Positions 36,809 to 50,498 of a stretch of DNA of 64,000 nt are shown one piece after another. The notes under the pieces were generated by a model, which worked only from the letters and a program-made list of their open reading frames with translations, was not told the origin of the DNA and searched no databases. The translations under genes were made by a program, and so were the position numbers. Source of the stretch: Lama guanicoe. Taxonomy: Eukaryota. The first letter of the stretch is position 1. The number at the start of each line of letters is the position of its first letter. The stretch lies in contig MU053513.1 in the NCBI GenBank assembly GCA_013239625.1, positions 2,344,927 through 2,408,926 on the forward strand, in the 5' to 3' direction.

Positions 36809-38409
36809 CTCCCAGTTTGACCAGAAATATTTATTCCAAAAGAACATATATGTTAAAGGAAGAAAAACAGAAGGGTTCTGAGATACCATCTCTTTTAAAA
36901 GGGCCAATCTCCTGATTTCAGACGTGAGATCTAGCTACTCAAAGGAACTAAAGTTTTGTATATCCATTTTCCCTAATCTATGCAACTGGGTCTGAATTTT
37001 TGAGTTAAAACATCAAAAAAGCCCAGTTTTCCTGTGAGTTTTGCTGGTCCACCATGTGACCATAGAGATAGAAGAGACAGAAGCCTCCTTCTTCAGATGT
37101 CGTGTAATCTAATTAACGAGTCATGAATTCAGCTCAAGTTGCTTTCGAGCCTGGGGTCTGATAAGTACCTCTGTTTCTCAGATGCAGGCATTCATTTGAA
37201 GAACACTTTGAATCTAATACTGTTGCAACCAAATACTGCATTACATTGGCTCCCGTGGCCTGCATATTTTAGGGGTGAACACTTTACATGAGGAATCAAA
37301 ACACCTCCTTGGGTCTGGAATAATTAAATGCCAACCCAAGCATTTGTCAGATACAGCACGCTGTGTTTATAAATCTCTCGGGAGCTCTGTTTTCCTGGAA
37401 AAGGTGAAGTTATATTATGAAGCAAGGCTTCTGCTTCAATGCAGTGTTTGCTACCATCTTAATTTTCTGTTTTTATAGAAATGATGGCAAGTGAAAGCTT
37501 TCACCAGAGTAATTAAAATACTACTTTCCTCAGAAGAGAGAAGCGATACATGCTGGGCTTCTAGGAACTGGCCACATCCCAAAATACCTAGATGTGCATT
37601 TTGTTGGCTGGAAATAAAACAAAAAAGACCAACAGGGGTGGAGCAGAGGCTGTTGAATGGCATGGCAGCGTCTGTGTATGAAAGGCATTTCTCTTCTTAT
37701 TAGGAAGTCTGATTACACGGTTCTCAAATTTCCCCTTAAGCCTCCTGAGAGGCGTGTGAGGTGCAACCCTGTAAATTGTCAGCACATATAAAGTGAAGAT
37801 TTAGAGAGTGGTTTCCACTGTGCATCCTATAAAGTGTGTCCCACGAGGAAGATTAGTATCAATCACAGGCGCGTTGGAGAGGGAGATGCGCTCCAATGAT
37901 AACCCGGCACTATCAAGTAGAGTAATGGTCTAAGAAGGAAAAGCAATCAGCGAGGAGGAAGGGATATCCAGGAAGAAAGACAGAAGCAGAAAATCAGAGT
38001 GCACTGCATCGTACTGACGAACAGGCGCTGCTATCCGGGACAAAGGCTCACGTGAACAATGCAGTTCTCAAACAATGGGCACGGCCTGCTGCTTGGCTTA
38101 AGCAGAATGCCAGGAGGCTTCCACACGTCCTGCAGCCTGCCGCTGCAGCACCGGAGGGTAAGGAAGTCATTGCTACTCAGGAGTCTTACCTGTACTACGT
38201 GAGAATCATTTGTTAACCTCAGAGGCTTCTAAACGAGGAACTGGCATGCTGGTTTCATGGAAAAAATAACATCCTTCAGCCCCAACCAATTTGGTCTGTG
38301 GGATTCTGGTAGCCTCAGCCTGAGCTGTTATTCCTCAGGACGGGAGTGGATAAGTAGGGGCTGGAGGGAGGGTTTGACTACCTTTTAAACAAAGACTGAT
38401 TTGAAGTTT

Positions 38410-38875
38410 CTCATGTCCTGGAATTAGTCTAATTCCCCTTGCCCTAACTATGTGCTGACCACAGTGCCTTACCTCCAGGGAATGCAATGCACTGGATTAG
38501 AAATGGCAGCGTGGCTTCTGCCTGGCTCTCTGTCTTGGGATGCTCGACCCTGGAACCCAGCAGCCATGCTGTGAAGAAGCCTGGGGAACACGAACACCGT
38601 TTGCTGGTGGTCTGGCCAACAGGTCCTACTGAGGTCGCAGCCCAAAGCCATCATCAGCCCCTAGAGATGTGAGGGAGCTTTTAACCATTGCAGCTCCAGA
38701 CTCTATCTGACTGCGATCATCTGAATCATAAGAGAGATCCTGATAGAGACCCGCCTAGCTGGATCTCATCAACTCTCAACACTGGAGAGAGAATAGTCAT
38801 GAGCCTTGTGGTTTCACATCAAGTTTAGGGTAGTTTTTTTTTTTTGTTTTGTTTTTTTGTAAACAGAAAAATTTA
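38410..38875 (+). mobile_element. Old MaLR LTR (MLT1-type)
   Basis: tggaacccagcagccatgctgtgaagaagcc...agccatcatcagcccc..gatgtgag...aagtttagggtagtt. Confidence 0.6.
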
Positions 38876-39098
38876 GTAAGAGACACAGCATAAACACCTT
38901 GGGCCTTTCTCTCCCAAACAATAAAACTGTCATGAGAAGGAGGTTGAAGATACTTTGAAACTGCTTCATGAGTGCAACATCACACTTTCCAATACCTCTT
39001 AGAACCACTTTCTGGACACTTGAAAAACACCAATTAAACTTGAGAATCCCCTCCAAAGCACACCTATCAATACAAAGATCATGAGGAGACTCCATGGT

Positions 39099-39386
39099 TT
39101 AAAAAACAGAAACAGACTCGCAGACATAAAGACAAACTTACGGTTACCAAAGGGGACAGGAGGGGGGAGGGATAAGTTAGGAGTACGGGATTCACAGATA
39201 CACACTCCTATCCACAAAATAGATAAGCAACAGGGATTTACTGTACGACACAGGGTATTATGTTCAATATTTTGTAAAAATCCATTATGAAAATAATCTG
39301 AAAAATGTATATAGCTGAATTACTTTGCTATACACCTGAAACTAACACAATACTATAAATCAACTATATATCAATTTTTAAGAAAA
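39099..39386 (+). mobile_element. L1 3'UTR fragment complete to the 3' end
   Basis: aaaacagaaacagactcgcagacata...ctttgctatacacctgaaactaacacaatactataaatcaactata. Confidence 0.85.
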
Positions 39387-40679
39387 GGCCCCTAGTCTAC
39401 AGCTTGGAGGTATTTCTGAAGCCTTTGCTCAGTATTATTATCATAATTCAGGTTTTCATCATCATCATCATCATCATACAGATACTTGGCTCAGATCTTT
39501 GCATGGCTTTGACAGTATAAACGCAATCTGAAGGGTTTCCATGTAGAGCACGGTCTGCGGCTTGCTGCTGAACTGTTGTGTTGGCCACACGGCTGGTGTC
39601 CGTGGTCTGACTCCAAGACTTTTTAGTTTTCAGGCCAGTTTAAAGTCTAAGGCAGGAGGGATATGAAACACCAGACACTCCTCCATTTCCATAACTATGA
39701 GCAAAATGGCAATTTTAAATATGACAGACACATTTAAAAACAATGTGCTAAGGCTGCAGGCGCCTCCAAGGTGGGTTTTCTAGCAAAAGGAAATAACCGC
39801 CTAAACACTGTCATTGCAACGGGGCAATGACTTTGAGCAACCCTTCGCTACGCAGAGCATTGTGAACAGAGGACTCAGGTGAGGCTTTTCCATTAAACTG
39901 GGCTAACTGTAAAGCCTGTGCGGAAGTTCTCTCAGGCCAGGCGTTAGAACTAGCATGAAGCGGAGAAGGGAGCGGGTGCTCTGGGCCGCGCGGGGAGCCT
40001 AGTGCCCGAGTGGCCCGTGTGGAGGGCTTTCAGCTCTCCGCTCCCGCTAGCGGCGAAGATGCAGGCGCTCTCACGGAGAACTCACGGGGCCGGAGCATCC
40101 TGGGCCACACGATACGATGAGGACAGAGCAGCGAAAGCAAACCTGGCGGGGCTGGTCCGCCCTCACTGGACGGCTTTCTTCTGCCCAATGGCCCGTGTGC
40201 TTCAGGGCCCTTCCGTGGTGACAGCAAAGCACACTGTCCCCGCCGCTTCACTCAGATGGCCGGTGGGGACCTCCCCTTCCTTTCGCGCCACCGGGCAGTG
40301 GGGAACATCGAATGCTTCTGCCTGTAACGAATTACGCTGGGGAAGACCCAGGTGTGTTTCCTCCCTGCCCGTCATGCAGAGGACGTGATTTCTTTACAAC
40401 GTAGTATTTAAGCAGAGATGGCATTTCCCCTTCCCAGGAGCTCTAGGGAATTTCTGCGGTTTTACTTCTTCCGGAGGACTTCAAGGCATCGAAGGGTCCA
40501 GTCAGCAGGGTAAGGGGACTGTGCAGATGTCCTTCTGCTGTCCCTATCTCCGGCTCCCTGGGAAGCGTCACGTTCATCTGCTGTGTGATTTCTTGCTTTC
40601 CTGCTGGATGGGATGGTCTGCAGCCTCTTTCTTCGGGCGGTTCAATGAGAAAGAAGACAGCAGAGCATACTAATGGACT

Positions 40680-40890
40680 AGTAACAATAATCATGCTATT
40701 TATTGAATGCTTACAAGCTCCTGATATGCCTTATGCAGCTAACTCAGTCCTCAACGCTTGTTCCAGGTGCTTCAGTCCTTCACAGTCACAGATCAGAAAA
40801 CCAGCGCTTCAGAGATGTTAAATGACTTTCCCAAAGATGGTCAGTGAGTGGCAAATGCCAAATTTGAACTGAGGCCGGACTCCCAGAGCC
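40680..40890 (-). mobile_element. MIR SINE
   Basis: tttattgaatgcttac...cagagatgttaaatgactttcccaa...agtgagtggca. Confidence 0.6.
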
Positions 40891-41824
40891 CCAAAGATAC
40901 GGCACATAACTTGGCCCCTCAGGGCTGATTAAGATCAAGGGTTTGGGGCCAGAGACCTGGCTGATCTGCCTCAACCTCGCTGTGTGTTTTGCGTGGATGG
41001 CTATTACTCTCAAGCCTGCATTCTCCCATCTGCACATCACACACATTAGTAGCTCTCGAGAGACCCAGCACCTGGGGCTGTTGGGAGGAAAATGAACATT
41101 TATACCAGGCATGGCACCTCGCGTGTGGTGAGCCCTGGGTAGACTGTCCATTTCTACCTGCTGTTAGGATTCTTCACTGTTGGTAAGAGGCTGAAATAGG
41201 GTCTATTAAGGGATCAGACCTGGCCAGAGAGAACAGATAAAATCCTGATGGCAAGAGGATGAGGGTACATCAGATTTTTCCAAGAAGTGGCTCTTTCTGG
41301 AACTCTCCTTCCCCCTTTCTTCTCTCTATATTCTCTGCACTCCTGATAGAGTCTTCTTATTCTTATCCCATTATTACATAAAGGAAGAATACTCTGTAAT
41401 TCAGAGTAAGACAGAAACTGCTCAGAGCTGACAGGACATCTCTGATGAGGTGCTGCATGGATTTCAAGGGGGTGGAGGGTCATTGACATGAAGGTTAGAA
41501 GTGAGCTCAGATAAAATCTAAATCAAGTCTTTGGCTTTGCAGATGAAGAAACTGCCTAAGTCCTTGACTGAGGACACACTGAGACCCAGAAATTCTTACT
41601 GTGTGTCTAGTGCTCTGTCTACTCCACAACGTGACTTATTTTTACGTACCATATCTTCAACATGGCGTCCATATTTTGAAGACTGGTTTTCAATATTTAA
41701 TATCAAATCCTTTTATCTCATACTCATCTCTTTCCATAACTGTTGTGATTTACAAAATCCCAGATAGGGACTTGAAATAGTGTATTGTGAGCTAGAACTG
41801 TTCCTCCCACAAAATGAGGATACA

Positions 41825-42085
41825 AACCAGTTGTCACAACATTTTAAATCAGAAGCTTTCTAATTTAAAAATACAAACAAAAAATGCAAAAACCAGAATT
41901 TGAGCTTCCCTTGAAAACTTAGAGGGTCTAGGTCACTGGGTCCCTATTCCCTCGGGATCCCAGTGGGGCGGAGCTGAGCTGAGCATCCCCGTGTGTAGAG
42001 CTCCTGCCCTCCGCACTCACACAGCCAGCCCCTCTCATTGACGCTTCCTTCCTGGCTCCTGGAGGTATCTGAGTTTGCACCGCCT
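41825..42085. mobile_element. MER102-like hAT-Charlie fragment
   Basis: cattttaaatcagaagctttc...gcttcccttgaaaa...cctggctcctggaggtatctgagtttgca. Confidence 0.5.
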
Positions 42086-42941
42086 ACAATCATATGGAGC
42101 TGCATACAGAGCTGCCTGCTCCGTTCTCCAGTTAACAGAGAATGACTCTGTCATTTTAATATCTTGTGGAAACATTCTCTGTTCTACTTCATTGACATTC
42201 TGATGTTGAAGGAAATAGAAATTGACGTCATGTACTTAAAGAAAGGCTCTCACTGCGGGTGCCCCAGTGTTCACTGCTTGGGAGGGAGCAGGGAGGTGCT
42301 GGTCTCCACTTTCTTCTTGCCTTTTCCTGGTTACAGAATCTGTAACATACAGCTTGGACCAAGTCTGCTCCCTTCATGCCCCCAATTCTGAAATATTACA
42401 AGAAGACTAAGTCACACACTCTCTCTCTCTCTGTTTTGAATGCTGGTACCCAGACTCGTAGCACATAATGTCCCATTCACACCATTGTTAATTCCTCTTC
42501 CTTTTGAATTGTTCACGTCAGTCAGAAATAAGAGGTCTTAATCACAAGGCTTCCCACATTCTGTCTGAAACAATTATGAGTATATTACTTTCATTCAATT
42601 AAAAAGGAAGCATTTAAGAAGTTGTCAATGATCCTCATTTCAGTGCAATATCCTAGCCCCTTTTGTGGTGTTAGGACAGTTCGGCTTAAGAATGGTGTTA
42701 TTTTCTCCAATAGGAAACACTCTGGAAAAGAAAATTATATAATTTTAAAAAGTGTGCATCCCAGTGAGTTTTTTCAGTAAAACCACTGACATGCAAAGAG
42801 GCCAAAGGCAGTGTGTTTAAATACCACTATGAAAGCAGATGGGATGGGAGGGCTGGCCTCAAATCTCAGCTCCTTCCCGACAAGCAACAAGTGACCTTGA
42901 TCAAATCTCGTAGCCGACAGAGCCACCCACCTTATCTAGTT

Positions 42942-42965
42942 TGTGTGTGTGTGTGTGTGTGTGTG
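42942..42965. repeat. (TG)n microsatellite
   Basis: Direct reading. Confidence 0.95.
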
Positions 42966-44645
42966 AGAAATCACTCTTGAGTGAGCAGTCACCATTGTGT
43001 ACTTTGAGGCAGAGGCATTACTTCTGCTGTAGCCCCTCTAAGAAGTGTTTAATGGTGACTAAAAGTCCATCTTCCTTCTGGAAAAGGAGGAGGAGGAAGG
43101 AGAGAAGGAGGCAGAGGAGGATACTGCTGGAATCCTGGGCTCGGCTCTGTGGCGACAGCCACTTACAGGCTCACAAACCCCTCAGTGAATAGGCCTGGGA
43201 GGCTCTGCAGCCCACCTTTCCCCCTTTCCACCTGGTATTCTGAGCTCCGACCATCTTTCTGTTAAGCTTTGTCTTGCCTCTGGGGCTTTGCAGATGCTGT
43301 TCCATCTTCCTGAAAAACCTTTTCCATGTAGCTCACTCCTGCTTGTCCTTGAAGACTTTGCTAGGCCACCCTCAAGAGTGAAGTAGGCGCCCCTCCTCCC
43401 TAAGCACCCATGCTCCACCCAATCATTTTAGTGCTGTCCACACTGTATCATTGTACTGACTTGCTGCTCTGTCTGTCTCCCAAGACTGTGACCTCCTTCT
43501 GGGTACATAGTTAGCATATAGCACACGGTGAATTCTCAATAAATTTTTTTTTGAGTAAACAAGAGAATAAAGGATGTGTATATCCATGAGGAAATTGGTA
43601 AACAGAATTCTACTGATTGATCCTAATATGGTTTAGGGAAAAAAGTATCTTTCCCTGGAGCTCGGGAGTTCAATTCCAGCTTTGTCATTAAGTTACCTCA
43701 AGCCGTCAGGGAGGTCACTCAAGTTCCTAAACCCTGATTTCCTATACTGTAAAATATAGATGAAAAAACCCTGCCCTTTCTACTTCACAAATCATTGTGA
43801 GGAAAATGTGGCAGTTTTTACACGTGGACATGTTTCTCAGAAAATTTCATTCTGGTTATTCCCTGGTGGCTGACGTCCAGGTCCCGGAGGCCTTCTCTTT
43901 ATAAGGAGCCATCAGGTCCCATGGTGCAAGGAAGGAGGTCAGCTGGTCTGGGGCTGAGGAAGCGTGTATGTAAACTGCAGCCTGGATCTCTGTTGTCTCC
44001 ACCAGCCTGGGCCAGCAGTGGGTTTTAGAGGCTCCCAGTCCACTCAGTCAAGAACATGTTCCATTTTATAACGTCTTCTGAGAGGGCAGTGGTTTAAGTC
44101 ACCAAATCCATTGCTTGGATCACTCCCAGCCTTTTCTCGGTGGGAAAAAAATCTGCCTCCCTCCATCCTTTGTTCATAACTTTCAGAAGGGCTCCGCTAA
44201 ACCTGCCATTGCCTCCTGCCAGTTGCCTGAAGTCACCCACGTGTGAAGTTCCACAGGCCTGCCCACAGGCACGACGTGTAAGGGCCCCACGTGTTCAGAG
44301 GCCCTGGTGGGGAGCCCTGCCGTTTGGCTGATGGGACGGTGGTAGATGTGGAGGTTCAGCAGTGCATAATGGATCATGGGATTTAAAATCCAACCTCCGT
44401 ATCCGAGCTGCCAGACAAGGTTAGGGGATTATACGGCTGCGGCCACATCAATTATGAAACAGAGAATACTCTCCCTGCCCCTCCTCCTTGCATCTCAGAA
44501 GGTGGTAAACATTTTATACTGCTTCCCTCTGTAAGACTAAAACACTTAATTTTATTGATTAGCCTGGAGTCCAAGTAAGGGGAAGGGATAGGGAAACCCA
44601 GCCCCAGGAATGATGGGCACTGATCCTTTACTTACGACTTTATCC

Positions 44646-44735
44646 ACGATTCGGCTTGACAGCTGATGGGAAATGAGGTGCGATCAATTTCAGCCGACAG
44701 TACCTCGTTTCCCATTGACTGACCTGCCAAATCGT
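44646..44735. repeat. Imperfect inverted repeat: 40-bp arms with a 10-nt loop
   Basis: Arm 44646-44685 versus the reverse complement of 44696-44735: 29 of 40 identical by hand alignment, no gaps. Confidence 0.85.
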
Positions 44736-45445
44736 CAGTTGAATAATTAGTTCAAGTTCAGTGTGAGCAACCATTTTACATGGCCCTTTCCAAGACAATT
44801 CCTAATGGCATTCCAGAAAGGCCAGCCCGCTGCCATGAGCTGCAACATTAATTGTTTACCCCTTCACTTAAGGTGGTGAGCCACCACATTGATGTAAGTA
44901 ATTGTGATAGACCCCAGGGGATGAGAGGCAGCTGGAAGTGAGGCTGTGAAAAAAGGCACTTAGAGAAATACAATGAATTTAGGGATAGCTTCTCACAGAG
45001 GAAGGAGATGTATCCACATGCAACTGGAACCCAGGAGAAAACAAGTCACAACTCATCTCTGGCTAAAAGACAGTGCTTCTCAATGATGCATTACGGCAAG
45101 CAGGTATAGTTTGGTGAGAAAGTTGCTAGTAAAGGCAATTACGTAAAAAACAAACAACAATAAAAATCCCCCCAAACCAAAAAGTGCCTAAGCCCTTACC
45201 TGGAACATAATGACTGCTCAAGGAATATTAGCTCCTTTCCTCTTTGGCATTTCTAACTTCACAAAAGGGGCTGAATGGCTTTAATATCAGCCATTGTCCA
45301 GGTGCTTTCATATGAAATTGGACACAGAGTCCTAGAGGAGGCTCTAGAAACAAGAAGTCTGACTTCCTACTGAGACATTGACCCTGACACGGGGTTCTTG
45401 AAACTCTAGAACTGAGTTCAAGCCCTCTGCCAAAGAGTACGTAGG

Positions 45446-45502
45446 AGTTGGGTGACCAGTTGGCTAGTTCCAGTTGGGTGACCAGTTGGCTGGTTCCAGT
45501 TG
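45446..45502. repeat. 26-bp tandem duplication (2.2 copies)
   Basis: agttgggtgaccagttggct[a/g]gttcc twice, then agttg. Confidence 0.9.
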
Positions 45503-46574
45503 TTCACAATGCACCTGCGTGATTGAGGGGCAGCCTTTGCCTTATGCTCTGGGGTATACACACTGCTCCTTCTGCCTGGGGTGCCCCCAACATCAGCCTG
45601 GACAACTGCAAATCTTTCATGACACAACGAATGGACTCCTTCAAGGGGCTTTCTTGGACGTGACTTTCCTCCCTCTAAGAGATTTTAAGTGCCCTTGCCT
45701 CAGAGGTACCACAGCAGCTCTCAAATATGTCTGTGCAAACATCTCATGACGCCGGTGCTGGTTTTATTATCTGTCCCCACCACTCACCAAGTGAGATTCT
45801 CAGGGAAAGGGACTTTTTTTTTTAAAAATTTCTATATGCCTTTCCATCTTAACCCTTTCTGTCTACCCTAGAGTCCAGATGGTTCATCAAAAGCACTTGA
45901 TAAATGTTTATGAATGAATAAATGAATCCTAAAATGTATTAGAAAACTCTCCTAATTTACCCATAAACTTCTGGAACTTTAGCCACGAGCACCTAGGCCA
46001 AAAAGCCCTTCCACGGGCTCACAATGGCCAAGAGCTCCTCTACTGGGAGAGGTCATTCAATTAGGACTTGTCCTTCTAGCCTTCCTCTCAGTACAGAAGA
46101 ATTTCCACAAAACAGAAAACCTATCAAGTCTTTTCATCAGCAATTTAAACTCTTTGATCACATTTTGTACCCCTTCTACTACTGTCCCTTGTTTTAAGGG
46201 CCATTCAGAAGCAAGACCTTCTCCCAGTCCCAGGTTGGGTGAAGCCCGAGAGCTGCTTCATACTGGTGCTCTTCCTTTCTCCTTCCCAGAGCAAGTGCCA
46301 ATCTGGAGTCCCCGTGCCTTCCAGACCCATCTTGACAACCGGTCGCTGGGGTTCTTCAAAGTCTACATTTGTATAGGTTTGGACATCAGTCAAGTAAGTA
46401 TGCTCTGGGCCACAAGTAGGTGGTCTAAGTTTATTGAAGTCTCAGAAAATTCCTAAATGTGACGTCTGCCCAGAAGTCATCGTTCTTTTCATTTGCACTG
46501 ATTTTGTCACCTCTCTACTGCCTTGGGATGCAGTTCTCTCCAATCAAGTCTCCAATAGCTTCTGGCCACTTTGA

Positions 46575-46810
46575 TCAGGGCAGTTGGGAGTTAAAAGTCT
46601 CAGGTGCCAGAATCACCAGAGCTGGGGTAAATTCCAGCTCTACCAGCTGTGGGACCTTGGGCGAATCACTTAGCTTCTTTGTGCCTCTCTTTTCTCATCT
46701 GTAAAATGGTGATAATAATACTACCTCTTTCAAAAAAAGACATGCGAGGATTAATGATGACAATGGACATAAAGCACTTAGAACAATATCTTGTGTATGA
46801 TAAGTAGTTT
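46575..46810 (+). mobile_element. MIR SINE
   Basis: cagctgtgggaccttgggcgaatcacttagcttctttgtgcctc..ttttctcatctgtaaaatggtgataata. Confidence 0.8.
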
Positions 46811-49429
46811 TTACTACACAGTTAATATGTTATCATCATCACCCTATGACACAATAAAAATAGAATCTAAAGGTACTATATACAAAATAATTGTATTATG
46901 TACTAGTTATATAAAGTATAAATACAATTATTTTACATGCAAGATGAAAATAAATATTATTATACATGAAATGAAAATAAAACAAGTTCAAGAAGTCTGC
47001 GGTACAGCTGTATAAACTACAAATGAGGGAGAGCTCTCAGGGGCAAACGTTGTCATACTTTGGGACATTTGGGGTCTTTGCTAAAGAGCAAAAATAACTG
47101 GGCAACATCCCCAGAGAATATCTCTGATGATTTTTCTGTCCCCCAGACAGCAAACCTGTACTGTGTTACTCCAGGGGTTAACACGGCGCTGCCTTCGCTG
47201 ATAACACTTTTGCGTCCCCAAGTCTCTACTCCCGTTAGAACACATGGATGCACTGGTCCAGGCCAGAGGCACCAAGACACGTGAAAGAAAAATGTTTCTA
47301 CATTTCTAAATTCTGCGTGGGGAATCGGTGTTTCCCAGGGTGAAAACTCCATTGCTCTAATCACTGCTGTCCTACTGAGTGCCGCTTGTAAGTTACTGCT
47401 CCAGCCATGGCTGAGCTTGGAAAGAAGCCAGCACTTACTCCCCACAAGGGCATCACCCACCAGCCACAGAGTGCTAGGGCATCCTGTCCTCTGCTTTGAA
47501 GAGGCCAACAGCAGTAGCCTCAGATTTCAAGGAAAATGATCAAAGATTCTTATCTGAACTAAAACATCAGAGGATGGGGAAATTTCTGCCTCTTGAGGGT
47601 CTTCACCATAGGAAAGACATGTGGATTTCTTTGGGAAGACTGAGGCAGCTCAACATTCTTTTCAAATCTCATTTGCAGGAGAACTGGTGAATTGAATCAA
47701 TTTGTTCCTAAGTTGTAGCTGCTTTTAGGAACAGTCTAAGAATTTCCTTCTCCAAAGTAACTAGAGCATGATTTTTGACATATTTAAGGAGAGACTTGGC
47801 CAGGTGTTCAGTCCAGAATGGCCAGGAGTCCTGGAGCCCCAGGTTCAGGTGACTGTCACACTCTGAGCCTCCTGGCTGCCTCGGGTGGAGCCCATGGGCC
47901 ACACACTTAGATGGGAGGTGTTTCAGGCTGAGGGAGTGTGTTCCAAGGAAGCAGGGAAACACGGTCCAGAGCACAGCTGCCAAGGGCCGCTTGTTGGAGG
48001 TGTTAACCCCAGTGGTTTCATTGTATCCGGCAAGGTTATTATTTTACACCATAGACCATCCTTCTAATCACTGAATAAATATTTATCAAGCACTGACGGT
48101 GCACCAGGCCCCAAGCTTGTGCCTGGACAAGGCAGACACAATGATGCTCCCTGTTTTCAGTGCTGTCACTTCATGGACGGTCACTAGTAAAAATGTCCAA
48201 GGACTCTGCTTCAAGGACTTTCAGAGCAAACATTGTCATGCTCCCAATGTGACTATTGCCACCAGGCTGACAACCCCTTCCATGCAATGTTTCTAGCTCC
48301 AGTCAAGAAATTAGAAAGAACAGCAAATGGGAAGAGAGCAAGGTCACTCTATTAAAAAAATGACAAGTATTTTAGTGTTTTCCATAAAAGAGCAAATTGG
48401 CAATTTGTCTTAAGAAAATACGCTAAGACTAGTGAGGAACTTGAAGACACCTCAATTTTCACAGTGATAGAACTATGATCTCCTGAGGGGGGAAAGGACC
48501 ACATACAACAAGGTAGGAGGTGAGACAGAAAGTTAGGAGAGGAACAGAGCCCCAGAGGGACATAAATTCATGCAGACACATAGCTTTCTGTCACACAGGG
48601 GAGATGGGAAGATGGTGTTTTCCCACACTGCATAACAATCACTGTTGCTCATATAACTCAGCTGAGAGGTTTACCTCTCAGCATCATTCATTTCCTCTTT
48701 GGATCCCTCTCCTATCTCAAATTTTGTTATCTCCTTGCTCTTCTCAGCACCAAAGCAACCCCCTTGCCTACCCAGAGGTAGCATATGACCCTCTCCCTAG
48801 CGTTTCATGTTTATGGTGAAATGGGATTGTTTCAGAAAACGCAGGACACATGGTTCTCATACCCATGATTCAAAATCCTCTCTCCCTCTTCCTCTTACCT
48901 CATAAAACTCCTGTTCCCATCCATCAAAGTCAACTCCCAGCCAAACTCCCACTGGGTCGAGGGGCTACTTTCAGCTAAGTCCAAACCGGAAAACATGAGA
49001 TTGAATAAATTTACATTCGATTATGGGCTCTTCCAGAAAGTCTGGTGGAAAACTACCCAGGACAGATTTTGAGGGAGTTCTTTCCAACAACCCTAAAGTC
49101 ATGCCGGGCAAGGTTCTCCTGCTTGGAGTGCTGGTTTTTGTTTTTGTTGGGGAAAGACCAATGTGGGGCTGCTTCTACGGCAACTCCAAGTCATAAAAAA
49201 GTTGCTCAAATGGTAGGTAATAGGCCAAATAAGAATTCCTGATTGGCTATGAATAAATAGCAAAATTTAGTTTCATGAATTGAATTGGTTCCAGGAAGGT
49301 TCACAGAGTACCTTCCCTGCAGCTTAATTTCTGGCACTGAGAGTCAGGCCAAAGGCACCTCTTTGTGGTGATGAAACTGTAGATCACAATAGCATTTATT
49401 ACAAAGATAGGCTTAGGTGATATTTTAAT

Positions 49430-49615
49430 CAAATGCCTACTATAGGGAGCGTGCTAAGAGCCCCACATGCATTCTCTTAATAGTTCCAAATTTCATGAGG
49501 TAGGTAGTGTTATTATCCCATTTTATAGATAGGTAAATTGAGACTCAGAGAGGGTAAGTCATTTGCTCAAGGTCAATGTTAGCAATGACACGTCTGACTC
49601 TAAAGTGCAGTCTTT
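49430..49615 (-). mobile_element. MIR SINE
   Basis: atgaggtaggtagtgttattatcccattttatagataggtaaattgagactcagagagggtaagtcatttgctcaaggtc. Confidence 0.8.
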
Positions 49616-50359
49616 GAACCCTCCCACATGCAGCCTCCCCGTTGTCCCCCACCGTGAGGTCTGATCACACACGAACAAGCCCAGCGGCGGTGTATTCAAA
49701 GTGAGCTCTTGTGTCTGCAGTGAGTTTTAGTTTTGGCAGAATTCTTAGTGCTGAGTGACCCAGCACCTCTGAACCACGGGCTGGGCTTTAAGCTGATCTC
49801 ATCTCTGGGTGCTAACTGATTCTGTTAGCTTACAAAAATCAACCTCTTCAACAAAGTTGTGCTACTTTAAAAATACAGCATTCCACTCTACTCCCACAGG
49901 ACTAAACACACACAATAATGAAAAAGAGAAAGAGGAGTGCAAAGGAAATGTCTGTCCTCGGCGTCCGTCACCATCCAGCCGCCTGTGACTCTTGAGCGCC
50001 CTCTGCGCTGTAAAGATCAGCTGCCCTCCCTCAGGCAGGTGTGGGGCCAACGTGCCCGCCACGACCCCCACGGCATGTGTAGAGGAGGGGAGAAACCACG
50101 CCGTCTCTCTTACAGAAAGATCATGTGTTCAGAGTCAATCCTCCCGTCCTTGCAAAGCTTTACATCTGCTTCCCAGCATTCAGATACCTGGAACTTTTCA
50201 TTAACCCAACTATTTTCCTATCTGCAATTATTCATACAGGCACAAAAGAGTGGAGAATGAGAAATGAGGAATATTCTCCAGGGCTTTTTTTTTTTTTTAA
50301 ACTTCCTGGTTATATGTGAGGGATCCAGGCACATTTATTCTCACTCCCCAAACTTTTCC

Positions 50360-50498
50360 ACCTACAGTAGAATGTAAGTCCTGAGAGAACAGGGACTTGG
50401 ATTATTTTGTTGATAGCTTTTCCCCCAAGGCCTAGGAGCTCTCCAGACACAAGCAGGTGCACAGTAAGTATTTATTGAATGAATGAATGAATGAATGA
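50360..50498 (+). mobile_element. L2 3' end with (TGAA)n tail
   Basis: tagaatgtaagtcctgagagaacagggactt...agtaagtatttattgaatgaatgaatgaatgaatgaa. Confidence 0.8.
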
